DNA from: Candidatus Woesebacteria bacterium UBA1430
GTDB lineage: Bacteria > Patescibacteriota > Microgenomatia > UBA8517
DNA: 64,000 nt
Direction of reading: 5' to 3'
NCBI GenBank assembly: GCA_002329465.1
Contig: DCTW01000005.1
Coordinates: 4,131-68,130 of the forward strand
The notes beneath the pieces are model-generated. The model did not search any database and was not told where the DNA came from. It worked only from the letters and a program-made list of their open reading frames with translations. This document shows, one piece after another, positions 56,174 to 64,000 of this stretch; position 1 is the first letter of the stretch; each line of letters starts with the position of its first letter. Position numbers and translations under genes: made by a program.

Positions 56174-57391
56174 ATGGTTATAAATTTACTTATAAAAAAA
56201 GAAGAAATGCGGCAGAAAGAAACCTTAATGCTTATTCCCTCTGAAAACTACGCACCAAAGGAAGTAAGGCAGGCTCTTTGCAGCATGCTTAACAACAAGT
56301 ACTCCGAAGGCTACCCGGGAAAGCGCTATTATCAAGGAAATAAATACATTGACGAAATTGAGCTTATAGCAATCGAATCCGCAAAAAAGCTTTTTGGTGT
56401 GCCTCACGTAAACGTACAAAGCTACTCAGGTTCACCTGCAAACTCGGCAGTTTACATGGCGCTTCTTAATCCGGGGGATAAAATCCTGGGTCTTGCATTA
56501 TCCTCAGGGGGGCATCTGACTCATGGCCACCCGAAAATTACCTTTTCGGGAAAATTTTTCCAAAGCTTTCAGTACGAAGTTGGCAAAGACGGTTTTATTG
56601 ATTACGACGCGCTCGAAAAATACGCCAAAAAAGTTAAACCCAAAATAGTTATCGCAGGCACCACATCATATCCGAGAAAACTCGAATGGCCCCGCTTTTC
56701 ACAAATTGCCGACAATATAGGAGCTATTCTACTTGCCGATATTTCCCATATTGCAGGTCTTGTGGTAGCCGGCGTGCATCCGTCGCCGGCAAGATATGCC
56801 CATGTTATTACAACTACGACCCACAAAACTCTAAGAGGTCCTCGTGGAGCACTAATAATGGTTACCAAAAAAGGTTTAAGAAAATACCCCGATCTTGGCA
56901 AAAAAATAGACCGCGCTGTATTCCCGGGACTTCAAGGAGGCCCCCATAATAGCCAAACCGCAGCAATAGCAATAAGCCTTCAAAAGGCTCTTACCCTAGA
57001 TTTCAAAAAATATGCCAAACAAATTGTTTTGAACTCAAAAGCCTTGGCAAAGGCACTCAAAAATTACGGATTCGATCTGGTTTCGGATGGCACTGATAAT
57101 CATTTAATTCTTATAGATCTCAGGTCAAAAGAAATTCTTGGTAAGGATTTTGCAATAAAGCTGGAAAAAGCAGGAATAATAGTAAATTACAACGCAATTC
57201 CAAAAGACCCAAACCCACCCGCAAACCCGTCCGGTATTAGAATTGGCACGCCTGCAATTACTACACGAGGAATGAAAGAGCCGGAAGCAAAAATCATCGC
57301 CGATTTTATTAATAGAGTACAAAAAGGCGATTCGTCAAATAATGTTAGAAGAGAAGTAAAAGCTCTTTGCAAAAAATTCCCCATCTCATAA
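56174..57391 (+). CDS. glyA: Serine hydroxymethyltransferase
   Basis: SENY, YSEGYPGKRYY, GGHLTHG, TTTHKTLRGPRG, SGIRIGTPA. Confidence 0.97.
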   Translation: MVINLLIKKEEMRQKETLMLIPSENYAPKEVRQALCSMLNNKYSEGYPGKRYYQGNKYIDEIELIAIESAKKLFGVPHVNVQSYSGSPANSAVYMALLNPGDKILGLALSSGGHLTHGHPKITFSGKFFQSFQYEVGKDGFIDYDALEKYAKKVKPKIVIAGTTSYPRKLEWPRFSQIADNIGAILLADISHIAGLVVAGVHPSPARYAHVITTTTHKTLRGPRGALIMVTKKGLRKYPDLGKKIDRAVFPGLQGGPHNSQTAAIAISLQKALTLDFKKYAKQIVLNSKALAKALKNYGFDLVSDGTDNHLILIDLRSKEILGKDFAIKLEKAGIIVNYNAIPKDPNPPANPSGIRIGTPAITTRGMKEPEAKIIADFINRVQKGDSSNNVRREVKALCKKFPIS

Positions 57392-57397
57392 CAGGTC

Positions 57398-58324
57398 TTA
57401 TTTCAAAGAAATGTCTTTTTCTATCAACTCGATATCTTTGAGCAATTTTGTCATAAATGGTTTGGACATTGCAGCAGCAGACTTAGCGGCAACCTGGCTA
57501 ACAAGAAACTCAGTGCGCCGATCTGTCGTGCCATCGTAGAAATGCTTTGGTTTTAATTGATGTACATGGTGCCAAAGAATGCTGATGGTATCCATAATAA
57601 ATTGCCATTTTGAGGGATCTCGCTGCTTTATTTCTGCTAATACTCGTATAATCAAATTTCTGTGTTTTTGGTTAACTTCTGGGGGTATTGAAGGGGTCAA
57701 ATAAACTATCAAGTTACTTGCTAATTCATCAATGTCTTTACACTTAAAAAATCTTCGTGCATCATCTATATCGGCAAGCTCATCGATACAATATTCAGCA
57801 TTATAGTATTCACATGCATAAGTACTTATTCCATATTGCTCTGCTATATTTGGAATATCGCTTTCCATAGCCATTCTTGCTCGGGTTAAACTCTCTCTAA
57901 TTTCATCTGGGTCAATACTTTTCCTGGTAATAGTTATAATATCCACGTCAGGGGTGCCCGATCTCGCGGCCTCGCGCAGATTAGCACCTCCGTGAAGTCC
58001 GCTGCCTACAACTACTAAACCTGCTATTGTATCCATTTCAAGCATCAGAACTCTATTAGCCATATCCTCAGCCACGGCAAGAATCTTTGAGTTTGGGTTA
58101 AATTCATTTTGTGTAAACGCGACTAGCATCTGATCAATATTGACTCTTTCCTCTTGCGCTCTAACGGCAGACTTTACAGGCTCTGCGTCCGTATGATTAC
58201 CATACAAGAACTCTTGGTCAATTAGCACTCGTCGCACAGCTCTTTTTGTTTCTTTTATCCATTGCTCTTGTTCTACCATGGGGCAATATTTAATCATATT
58301 TTCTGTATTTTTGCTACTGGTCAC
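57398..58324 (-). CDS. Hypothetical protein with Pol-beta-type nucleotidyltransferase-like motif
   Basis: LVVVGSG...PDVDIITI (hGS...DxD). Confidence 0.5.
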   Translation of the reverse strand: MTSSKNTENMIKYCPMVEQEQWIKETKRAVRRVLIDQEFLYGNHTDAEPVKSAVRAQEERVNIDQMLVAFTQNEFNPNSKILAVAEDMANRVLMLEMDTIAGLVVVGSGLHGGANLREAARSGTPDVDIITITRKSIDPDEIRESLTRARMAMESDIPNIAEQYGISTYACEYYNAEYCIDELADIDDARRFFKCKDIDELASNLIVYLTPSIPPEVNQKHRNLIIRVLAEIKQRDPSKWQFIMDTISILWHHVHQLKPKHFYDGTTDRRTEFLVSQVAAKSAAAMSKPFMTKLLKDIELIEKDISLK

Positions 58325-58348
58325 TAATCATTTGCTAAAATAACGACT

Positions 58349-59167
58349 ATGACAGTGATTTTTAACGGCCGTCGATGGGCTGAACTAGAAGAATCAATAA
58401 TAAAAAATAAAGTCGAGGAATTAAAAAGAAACTACGGAATTTTTCCTCATCTTGTTGTGATTATGGTCGGAAACGATCCCGCAAGCGCTCTTTATGTCTC
58501 TCTTAAAATGAAAGCGGCGGCAAGAGTTGGTATTAAATTTACGGCCAAATTTTTCGAAGAGGAAACAAAAGCTTCAGAAATAATTAAGTACATTAAAAAG
58601 GTAAGAAAAGACAAAAATGTCCATGGTATTTTAGTCCAGCTTCCACTGCCGGCAAGGCTTAAAAAATACAAATCCAGAATAATCAAAACAATTCCAATAA
58701 AAAAAGATGTGGACGGTTTAAGGGGCGATTCATATATTCATCCCACTGCAAAGGCCGTCTTTGATATTCTTACTCAAGCTTCAAACATTGGTAAAAATTC
58801 ATCTATAGCGATCGTTGGAGCGAGAGGGATGGTAGGGAGCGCTTTGGTTAAATTGCTTGAAAAAGAAAAATTTACAATTGTTTTTAAATGCAACTCAAAA
58901 ACAAAAAATCTTGCCGAAATTACAAAATCGGCAGATGTAGTTATAAGCGCAACAGGAACTCCGAATCTAATCAACAAAGATATGATTAAAGAAGGTAGCG
59001 TCCTAATAGACGTAGGCTCCCCAAAGGGTGATATTGATTTTGAATCTGTTAAAAAAAAGGCATCGTTTGTCACCCCCGTACCGGGAGGAGTTGGACCTGT
59101 TACTATTTATAATCTGCTTTCAAATCTGTTATTGATAGCAGAGGGAACGATAACTAATCCGGTTTGA
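58349..59167 (+). CDS. folD: Methylene-THF dehydrogenase/cyclohydrolase
   Basis: VG.DPAS..YV..K, GILVQLPLP, KDVDG, TPVPGGVGPVT. Confidence 0.95.
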   Translation: MTVIFNGRRWAELEESIIKNKVEELKRNYGIFPHLVVIMVGNDPASALYVSLKMKAAARVGIKFTAKFFEEETKASEIIKYIKKVRKDKNVHGILVQLPLPARLKKYKSRIIKTIPIKKDVDGLRGDSYIHPTAKAVFDILTQASNIGKNSSIAIVGARGMVGSALVKLLEKEKFTIVFKCNSKTKNLAEITKSADVVISATGTPNLINKDMIKEGSVLIDVGSPKGDIDFESVKKKASFVTPVPGGVGPVTIYNLLSNLLLIAEGTITNPV

Positions 59168-59199
59168 TTTTATATATAAAACTGCTATAATCATAAAAG

Positions 59200-59269
59200 T
59201 CAAAAACACACACTTGCCGGAAACCTCCTGAATTACTTCTGGCGAGTGGAGGACTAAGGAGGTAAATAT
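59200..59269 (+). promoter_or_regulatory. rpsB (S2) leader
   Basis: TGcTATAAT upstream; ACACAC...GTGGAGG flanking the stem CACTTGCCGGA/TCTGGCGAGTG; SD AAGGAGGT. Confidence 0.6.
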
Positions 59270-59986
59270 ATGGCAACCGAATTATCACTGGACAAACTGC
59301 TTGAAGTAGGTGCTCATTTTGGCCATCAATATAAGCGCTGGAATCCCAAAATGAAGCCCTTTATGTACACTGTCAAAGACGGAGTTTACGTGTTTGATTT
59401 AGTTAAAACACACGAGCTTCTTAAAGAGGCTTTAGAGGCAATTAAAGATTTTTCCTCACGCGGCAAAACAATTCTTTTTATTGGAACCAAAAAGCAAGCT
59501 AAAGACAAAATAAAAGAAATAGCCGAGAAAACTTCTTGTCCTTACATAAATGAAAGATGGCTTGGGGGCACGCTTACGAATTTTGATCAAATCGGCAAAT
59601 CAATCAAAAATTTAAACGAGCTTAAGGAAAAAGTAAAAGTTGCTAAAAAAGAAGGTTACACCAAAAAAGAAAGGCTTTTAATGGCTCGCCAAATTGAAAA
59701 GCTTAAAAAAAATTTTGGGGGAATAATCGGTCTCGAAGCCCTGCCTGATCTTATGGTAATTTTTGATACACACAAAGAAGCTATGGCAGTCAAAGAGGCT
59801 AACAAGCTTGGCATACCGATCGTCGGAGTTGTGGATTCAAACGCGGATCCGGAAGGCGTTAACTGGCCTGTTCCAATGAATGACGACGCGACAAAAGCGG
59901 TTGAATATGTACTTGATCTTTTCTGTCAAGCGGTTTTAGATGGAAAAGGAAAAGACAAGAAACTCAAAAAAAATGGCGATAAATAG
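59270..59986 (+). CDS. rpsB: 30S ribosomal protein S2
   Basis: GAHFGH...WNPKM, RWLGGTLTNF, P.NDDA. Confidence 0.97.
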   Translation: MATELSLDKLLEVGAHFGHQYKRWNPKMKPFMYTVKDGVYVFDLVKTHELLKEALEAIKDFSSRGKTILFIGTKKQAKDKIKEIAEKTSCPYINERWLGGTLTNFDQIGKSIKNLNELKEKVKVAKKEGYTKKERLLMARQIEKLKKNFGGIIGLEALPDLMVIFDTHKEAMAVKEANKLGIPIVGVVDSNADPEGVNWPVPMNDDATKAVEYVLDLFCQAVLDGKGKDKKLKKNGDK

Positions 59987-60431
59987 CGATCAGATACGAA
60001 AATTAAGAGACGAAACCGGTGCTCCCGTAATGCGGGTAAAACAGGTTTTGGAAAAAGTTGGCGGAAACGAGAAAAAAGCCTCAGAAATTCTCAAAAAAGA
60101 AGGATTTGAAAAGGTTTCAAAAAGAGCAGGTAGAGATACTACCCAGGGTTCTATCTTTGTTTACAGGCACCACACGGGCAAAGTGGCAAGCATGCTTGAG
60201 CTTCTTGTTGAAACGGATTTCGTCGCTAAAAACGAGCTTTTCCAAAACTTGGGGGGAGACCTCGCAATGCAGGTCGCATCCATGGACCCAAAAAATGAAA
60301 AAGAGCTCCTAAGCCAGGATTTTATTAAAGATCCCACAAAAAAGATCGAAGATCTAATAAAAGAAACAATCACAAAAACCGGCGAGAACATCCGCCTCGG
60401 CCGCTTTGAAAGAATTGAGATAGGTAAATAA
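59973..60431 (+). CDS. tsf: Elongation factor Ts (short form)
   Basis: IRKLRDETGA, ETDFVAKN, GENI. Confidence 0.94.
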   Translation: MAINSDQIRKLRDETGAPVMRVKQVLEKVGGNEKKASEILKKEGFEKVSKRAGRDTTQGSIFVYRHHTGKVASMLELLVETDFVAKNELFQNLGGDLAMQVASMDPKNEKELLSQDFIKDPTKKIEDLIKETITKTGENIRLGRFERIEIGK

Positions 60432-60466
60432 TTTTTTGAAATTGTTTCGTGCTATAATAACCAAAG

Positions 60467-61018
60467 ATGGATGAAGCCAAAATTAAGCGTAAGATGGATG
60501 AGGTCGTTAATCTTATTAAAACCGATATTGCGGGTATAAGAACAGGCCGCGCAACCCCTTCACTTGTAGAAAATATCACAATAGACGCTTATGGCGGCAC
60601 TCAGAAACTAAAAGTAATCGAGCTTTCTTCAATCACATCACCCGATCCGCAGACAATAGTTATCGACCCATGGGATAAATCAATAATCGGCGATATCAGA
60701 AAAGGAATTGTTGCTGCAAATATAGGCCTTAACCCCTCAATAGACGGCGATATTATCAGAATTTCAATCCCGCCTCTTACAACCGAGGATAGACAAAAAT
60801 TTGTTAAACTGCTAAATTCAAAGCTTGAACAGGGCAAAATAATGATAAGAAGAATAAGAGTTGAGGCAATAAACGCAGTTCGGGATAGCTTTGAAGAAAA
60901 ACGAATCTCAGAAGACGAAAGATTCCAGCACGAAAAAAGTGTCCAAAATTTGGTTGATGAATACAATAAATTACTAGACGAGCTGGGGGAGGCAAAAGAA
61001 AAAGAACTTCTAGGTTAA
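60467..61018 (+). CDS. frr: Ribosome recycling factor
   Basis: IRTGRATP, YG, PWD, IPPLTTEDR. Confidence 0.96.
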   Translation: MDEAKIKRKMDEVVNLIKTDIAGIRTGRATPSLVENITIDAYGGTQKLKVIELSSITSPDPQTIVIDPWDKSIIGDIRKGIVAANIGLNPSIDGDIIRISIPPLTTEDRQKFVKLLNSKLEQGKIMIRRIRVEAINAVRDSFEEKRISEDERFQHEKSVQNLVDEYNKLLDELGEAKEKELLG

Positions 61019-61019
61019 T

Positions 61020-62123
61020 ATGATCTCTTTAATAATAATCGCAGTCATTTCTCTTTCCGTACTCATACTCATCCATGAGCTTGGCCATTATTTGGCCGCA
61101 AGGCTCTCTGGAGTGTGGGTTGAAGAATTTGGCATAGGTCTTCCTCCAAGGATTTGGGGAGTCAAGATAGGAAGCACGATTTATTCTCTAAACGCGCTTC
61201 CCATAGGAGGTTTTGTGAGGCTTCACGGCGAGTCCGGCGAAGACAGAGTAACTAAACCGAAAAAAGCCTTTGTCAATAAATCAAAGCTTGCAAGAATTTT
61301 TATCTCAATTGCAGGAATTTTAATGAATTTTCTTTTCGCAATAATTTGTTTTTCGATAATATACTGCTACACAGGCATTCCGCGCGGAGTACAAATTACC
61401 GATGTTTCAGTTACTTCACCCGCCGAAGTCGCAGGGCTTAAAAAAGGCGACACGATAGTAGAATTTAACGGCAAAAAAAATTTGGATTATGAATATTTTC
61501 CGGATCTGATAGCAAAAAACAAAGGAAAAGCAGTAATGCTAAAAGTAGAATCCCAAACGGATGGTATTACAAAGACCAAAGATGTGGAATTGGTTATAAG
61601 ATCAGAATCCCCAGAAGGTGAAGGGCTTCTTGGTGTTCAATTCATACCGGAGGAAATTTACTACCCCCCAATTATTAAAAGGCCTTTCGTTTACACAAAA
61701 TATGGAGTACAAAAGGCAGTATACGTTTCCGAAAAAACAATAGCCGGATTTGAGTTTATTTTTTCCGAACTTTTCAAAGGACAAAAGCCAAAGGGAGTAG
61801 CAGGCCCTCTTGGCGTAACGGTATTTATAGCAGAAGTAGCAAGCATAGGATTACTACCCCTTATCGAATTTGTCGGGATAATATCAATAAATTTAGCGCT
61901 TGTTAATCTAATTCCATTTCCCCCGCTGGACGGCGGGCGGGTGCTTTTGATATCAATCGAAGCAGCTCTCGGCAAAAAAATACTACCCAAAATTGAATCA
62001 TCAATTCATATAGCCGGCATGGTGGTTCTTCTTTTCTTAATGCTTTTGGTTACAGCGGGCGAAATTCCAAAACTTTTATCCGCGAATTCGCTTTCGGAAT
62101 TTGTGGACAGCCTGATAGAGTAA
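61020..62123 (+). CDS. rseP: RIP metalloprotease RseP-like (M50 with PDZ)
   Basis: HELGH, PIGGFV, PDZ SPAEVAGLKKGD, NLIPFPPLDGG. Confidence 0.9.
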   Translation: MISLIIIAVISLSVLILIHELGHYLAARLSGVWVEEFGIGLPPRIWGVKIGSTIYSLNALPIGGFVRLHGESGEDRVTKPKKAFVNKSKLARIFISIAGILMNFLFAIICFSIIYCYTGIPRGVQITDVSVTSPAEVAGLKKGDTIVEFNGKKNLDYEYFPDLIAKNKGKAVMLKVESQTDGITKTKDVELVIRSESPEGEGLLGVQFIPEEIYYPPIIKRPFVYTKYGVQKAVYVSEKTIAGFEFIFSELFKGQKPKGVAGPLGVTVFIAEVASIGLLPLIEFVGIISINLALVNLIPFPPLDGGRVLLISIEAALGKKILPKIESSIHIAGMVVLLFLMLLVTAGEIPKLLSANSLSEFVDSLIE

Positions 62124-62139
62124 ATATATACTATCTTAA

Positions 62140-63357
62140 ATGAGGCAAAGCGAGCTGTTTCCTAGAACCAAAAAAGAGTTTCCCAAAAAAGCAGAAAGTA
62201 TAAACCACCGCCTTCTTGTTCAAGCGGGCTTTATCGACCAGCTTATGACAGGCTCTTGGACGCTTCTTCCCTTGGGAAAAAGAGTTGTCTATAAAATTGA
62301 AAACATAATCCGGGAAGAATTAAATAAAATAGGCTGTCAAGAAATTCTTATGCCCCTTTTGCATCCAAAAGCGATCTGGAATGAAACAGGAAGATGGGAC
62401 AAGGCCGATGAAGTCATGTACAAGCTTAAAGATACTAGAAAAAAAGATTTTGCCCTTTCATTTACACACGAAGAAATTTTCCTGGATCTTGTCAGAAAGC
62501 ATATTTCAAGCTATCAAGACTTACCTCTAGCGCTTTATCATTTTTCAACGAAATTTAGAAACGAATTGCGCGCCCGTTCCGGGATATTGCGCGGCAGGGA
62601 ATTTTTGATGAAGGATCTTTACAGTATCCACGAAAGCGAAAAAGATTTAAACGGATTCTATGAAGAAGTCAAAAACGCTTATTTAAATATTTTTTCAAGA
62701 ATAGGTTTTAAAACATTAGTTACCGAAGCAGGTGGAGGAGTCTTTACAGATAATATAACTCACGAATTCCAAATTATTGCAGATTCCGGCGAGGACACAA
62801 TCTATTATTGTAAATCCTGCGGCTGGGCGCAAAATAAAGAGATTTTTAAAGGAGGAAATAAATGCCCCTCATGCAAAAAGGAAAGTATTTTAAAAGCAAA
62901 ATCAATAGAAGTTGGAAATATATTTCCCTTCGGCACTTACTATTCTGAAAGAATGAACGTTCACTTTACCGATAAAAACGGAAAAAGAAAACCCGTTTAT
63001 TTCGGAAGCTATGGCATAGGCACATCACGCGCCATAGGAGCCTGGGTCGAGGTGTCCCACGACGATTCCGGAATAATCTGGTCACCCCAGATAGCTCCTT
63101 TTGATGTTCATTTGGTCGAGCTCCCTGGGGCAAAGGAAACGGAAAAGCTTTACAAATCATTAATAGATCAAGGCATTGAAGTCCTTTGGGACGATAGAGA
63201 AGTAGGAGCCGGAGAAAAATTAAAAGACGCAGATTTGATAGGGATACCAATACGCCTTGTTGTGTCCGAAAAAAGAGGAAATAAAATTGAATTTAAAAAA
63301 CGCTCGCAGAATAAAATAGAAACTCTCTCGCTGGATGAGTTATTGAAAAAAATTTAA
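62140..63357 (+). CDS. proS: Prolyl-tRNA synthetase (short, no editing insertion)
   Basis: MRQS.LF, THEE, FRNE.R...G.LRGREFLMKD, IEVGNIF, YGIG, DADLIGIP. Confidence 0.93.
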   Translation: MRQSELFPRTKKEFPKKAESINHRLLVQAGFIDQLMTGSWTLLPLGKRVVYKIENIIREELNKIGCQEILMPLLHPKAIWNETGRWDKADEVMYKLKDTRKKDFALSFTHEEIFLDLVRKHISSYQDLPLALYHFSTKFRNELRARSGILRGREFLMKDLYSIHESEKDLNGFYEEVKNAYLNIFSRIGFKTLVTEAGGGVFTDNITHEFQIIADSGEDTIYYCKSCGWAQNKEIFKGGNKCPSCKKESILKAKSIEVGNIFPFGTYYSERMNVHFTDKNGKRKPVYFGSYGIGTSRAIGAWVEVSHDDSGIIWSPQIAPFDVHLVELPGAKETEKLYKSLIDQGIEVLWDDREVGAGEKLKDADLIGIPIRLVVSEKRGNKIEFKKRSQNKIETLSLDELLKKI

Positions 63358-63358
63358 A

Positions 63359-63682
63359 ATGATCAAAGACTGCATTTTTTGTAAAATCATAAACAAACAA
63401 ATTCCTGCTGATTTCGAATACGAAGATAACGATTTTGTGGTTTTTAAGGACATTCATCCAAGCGCTCCGATTCATTTTTTAATAGTCCCAAAAAAACATA
63501 TTAAAGACATTTCCGAATCAGATAGCGCTCTTTGGGACGAAATTAGAAAAATTGCACTTAGACTTAGTAAAAAGCTAAACACCTCAGGATTCAGATTGGC
63601 AACAAACGTAGGTGATGCCGCTTTAGTAGAACATCTACACGTCCATTTCCTTGCCGGAATAACAAAAGAAAGAAAACTATGA
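63359..63682 (+). CDS. HIT family nucleotide-binding protein
   Basis: DCIFCKI, DIHPSAP.H.L..PKKH, HLHVH. Confidence 0.93.
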   Translation: MIKDCIFCKIINKQIPADFEYEDNDFVVFKDIHPSAPIHFLIVPKKHIKDISESDSALWDEIRKIALRLSKKLNTSGFRLATNVGDAALVEHLHVHFLAGITKERKL

Positions 63683-64000
63683 TAATAGACAACATTCACC
63701 AAAGTATCGCAGAGGCTCTAAAATCCAAAGACAAAACTCGTCTTTCTACACTAAGGATGCTTTTATCCGCCATCAACTACCAAAAGATAGAAAAAGGAAA
63801 AGAATTATCACAAGAAGAGGAGTATGATGTGGTCCGAAAAGAAGTCAAAAAACGCCGCGATGCTATGGAGGCATATCAAAAAGGTTCGCGTAAAGATTTA
63901 TATGAAAACGAAAAAAACGAGCTTTCCATACTCTATGAATTTCTTCCTCCCGAGATTTCGGACGAAGAGCTCGATAGCCAGATTCAAAAAGAACTTGTTA
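63679..64000 (+). CDS. GatB/YqeY domain protein (partial)
   Basis: Manual translation MIIDNIHQSIAEALKSKDKTRLSTLRML...KEVKKRRDAMEAY...FLP; runs off the window end. Confidence 0.9.
   Translation, partial: MIIDNIHQSIAEALKSKDKTRLSTLRMLLSAINYQKIEKGKELSQEEEYDVVRKEVKKRRDAMEAYQKGSRKDLYENEKNELSILYEFLPPEISDEELDSQIQKELV

Noticed and set aside
1-64000. CRISPR array, rRNA, intact transposase, or UGA recoding
   Set aside because: No regularly spaced repeats, rRNA or transposase motifs were seen; conserved genes are full length in code 11 and several end in TGA.

Overview
This is chromosomal DNA from a small-genome bacterium, most likely Patescibacteria (CPR, Microgenomates-like). That assignment is inferred from two MreB paralogs, a short EF-Ts, mevalonate and prenyl genes, cohesin/dockerin and giant Kelch-FN3 surface proteins, and CCA-less tRNAs; the genetic code is standard. 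Core genes include mreB x2, mrdA, mvaD, uppS, rplL/J/A/K, nusG, secE, rnhB, rpsU, rpmG, rpmB, fmt, def, dprA, topA, folA, thyA, tdk, glyA, folD, rpsB, tsf, frr, rseP and proS. There are five tRNAs (Arg, Trp, Thr x2, Tyr), a probable 6S RNA, and L10 and S2 leaders, with many orphan ORFs interleaved among the core genes. The most notable signals are: (1) a ~3.4 kb integrase-less cassette array at the tRNA-Trp 3' end, punctuated by two families of diverged repeats that meet at the tRNA-derived core TGCAGG; (2) an unassigned ~135-nt RNA candidate with its own promoter and U-tract; (3) a 15 kb co-oriented locus linking a BldC-like regulator, a 2378-aa Kelch/FN3 surface protein, a MacB-type ABC transporter, a 7TM protein and three ATP-grasp ligases, with a divergent GS-fold-like ligase; (4) a four-helix-bundle pseudogene enclosed by inverted heptamer arrays. 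All calls come from reading the sequence; no searches were run.
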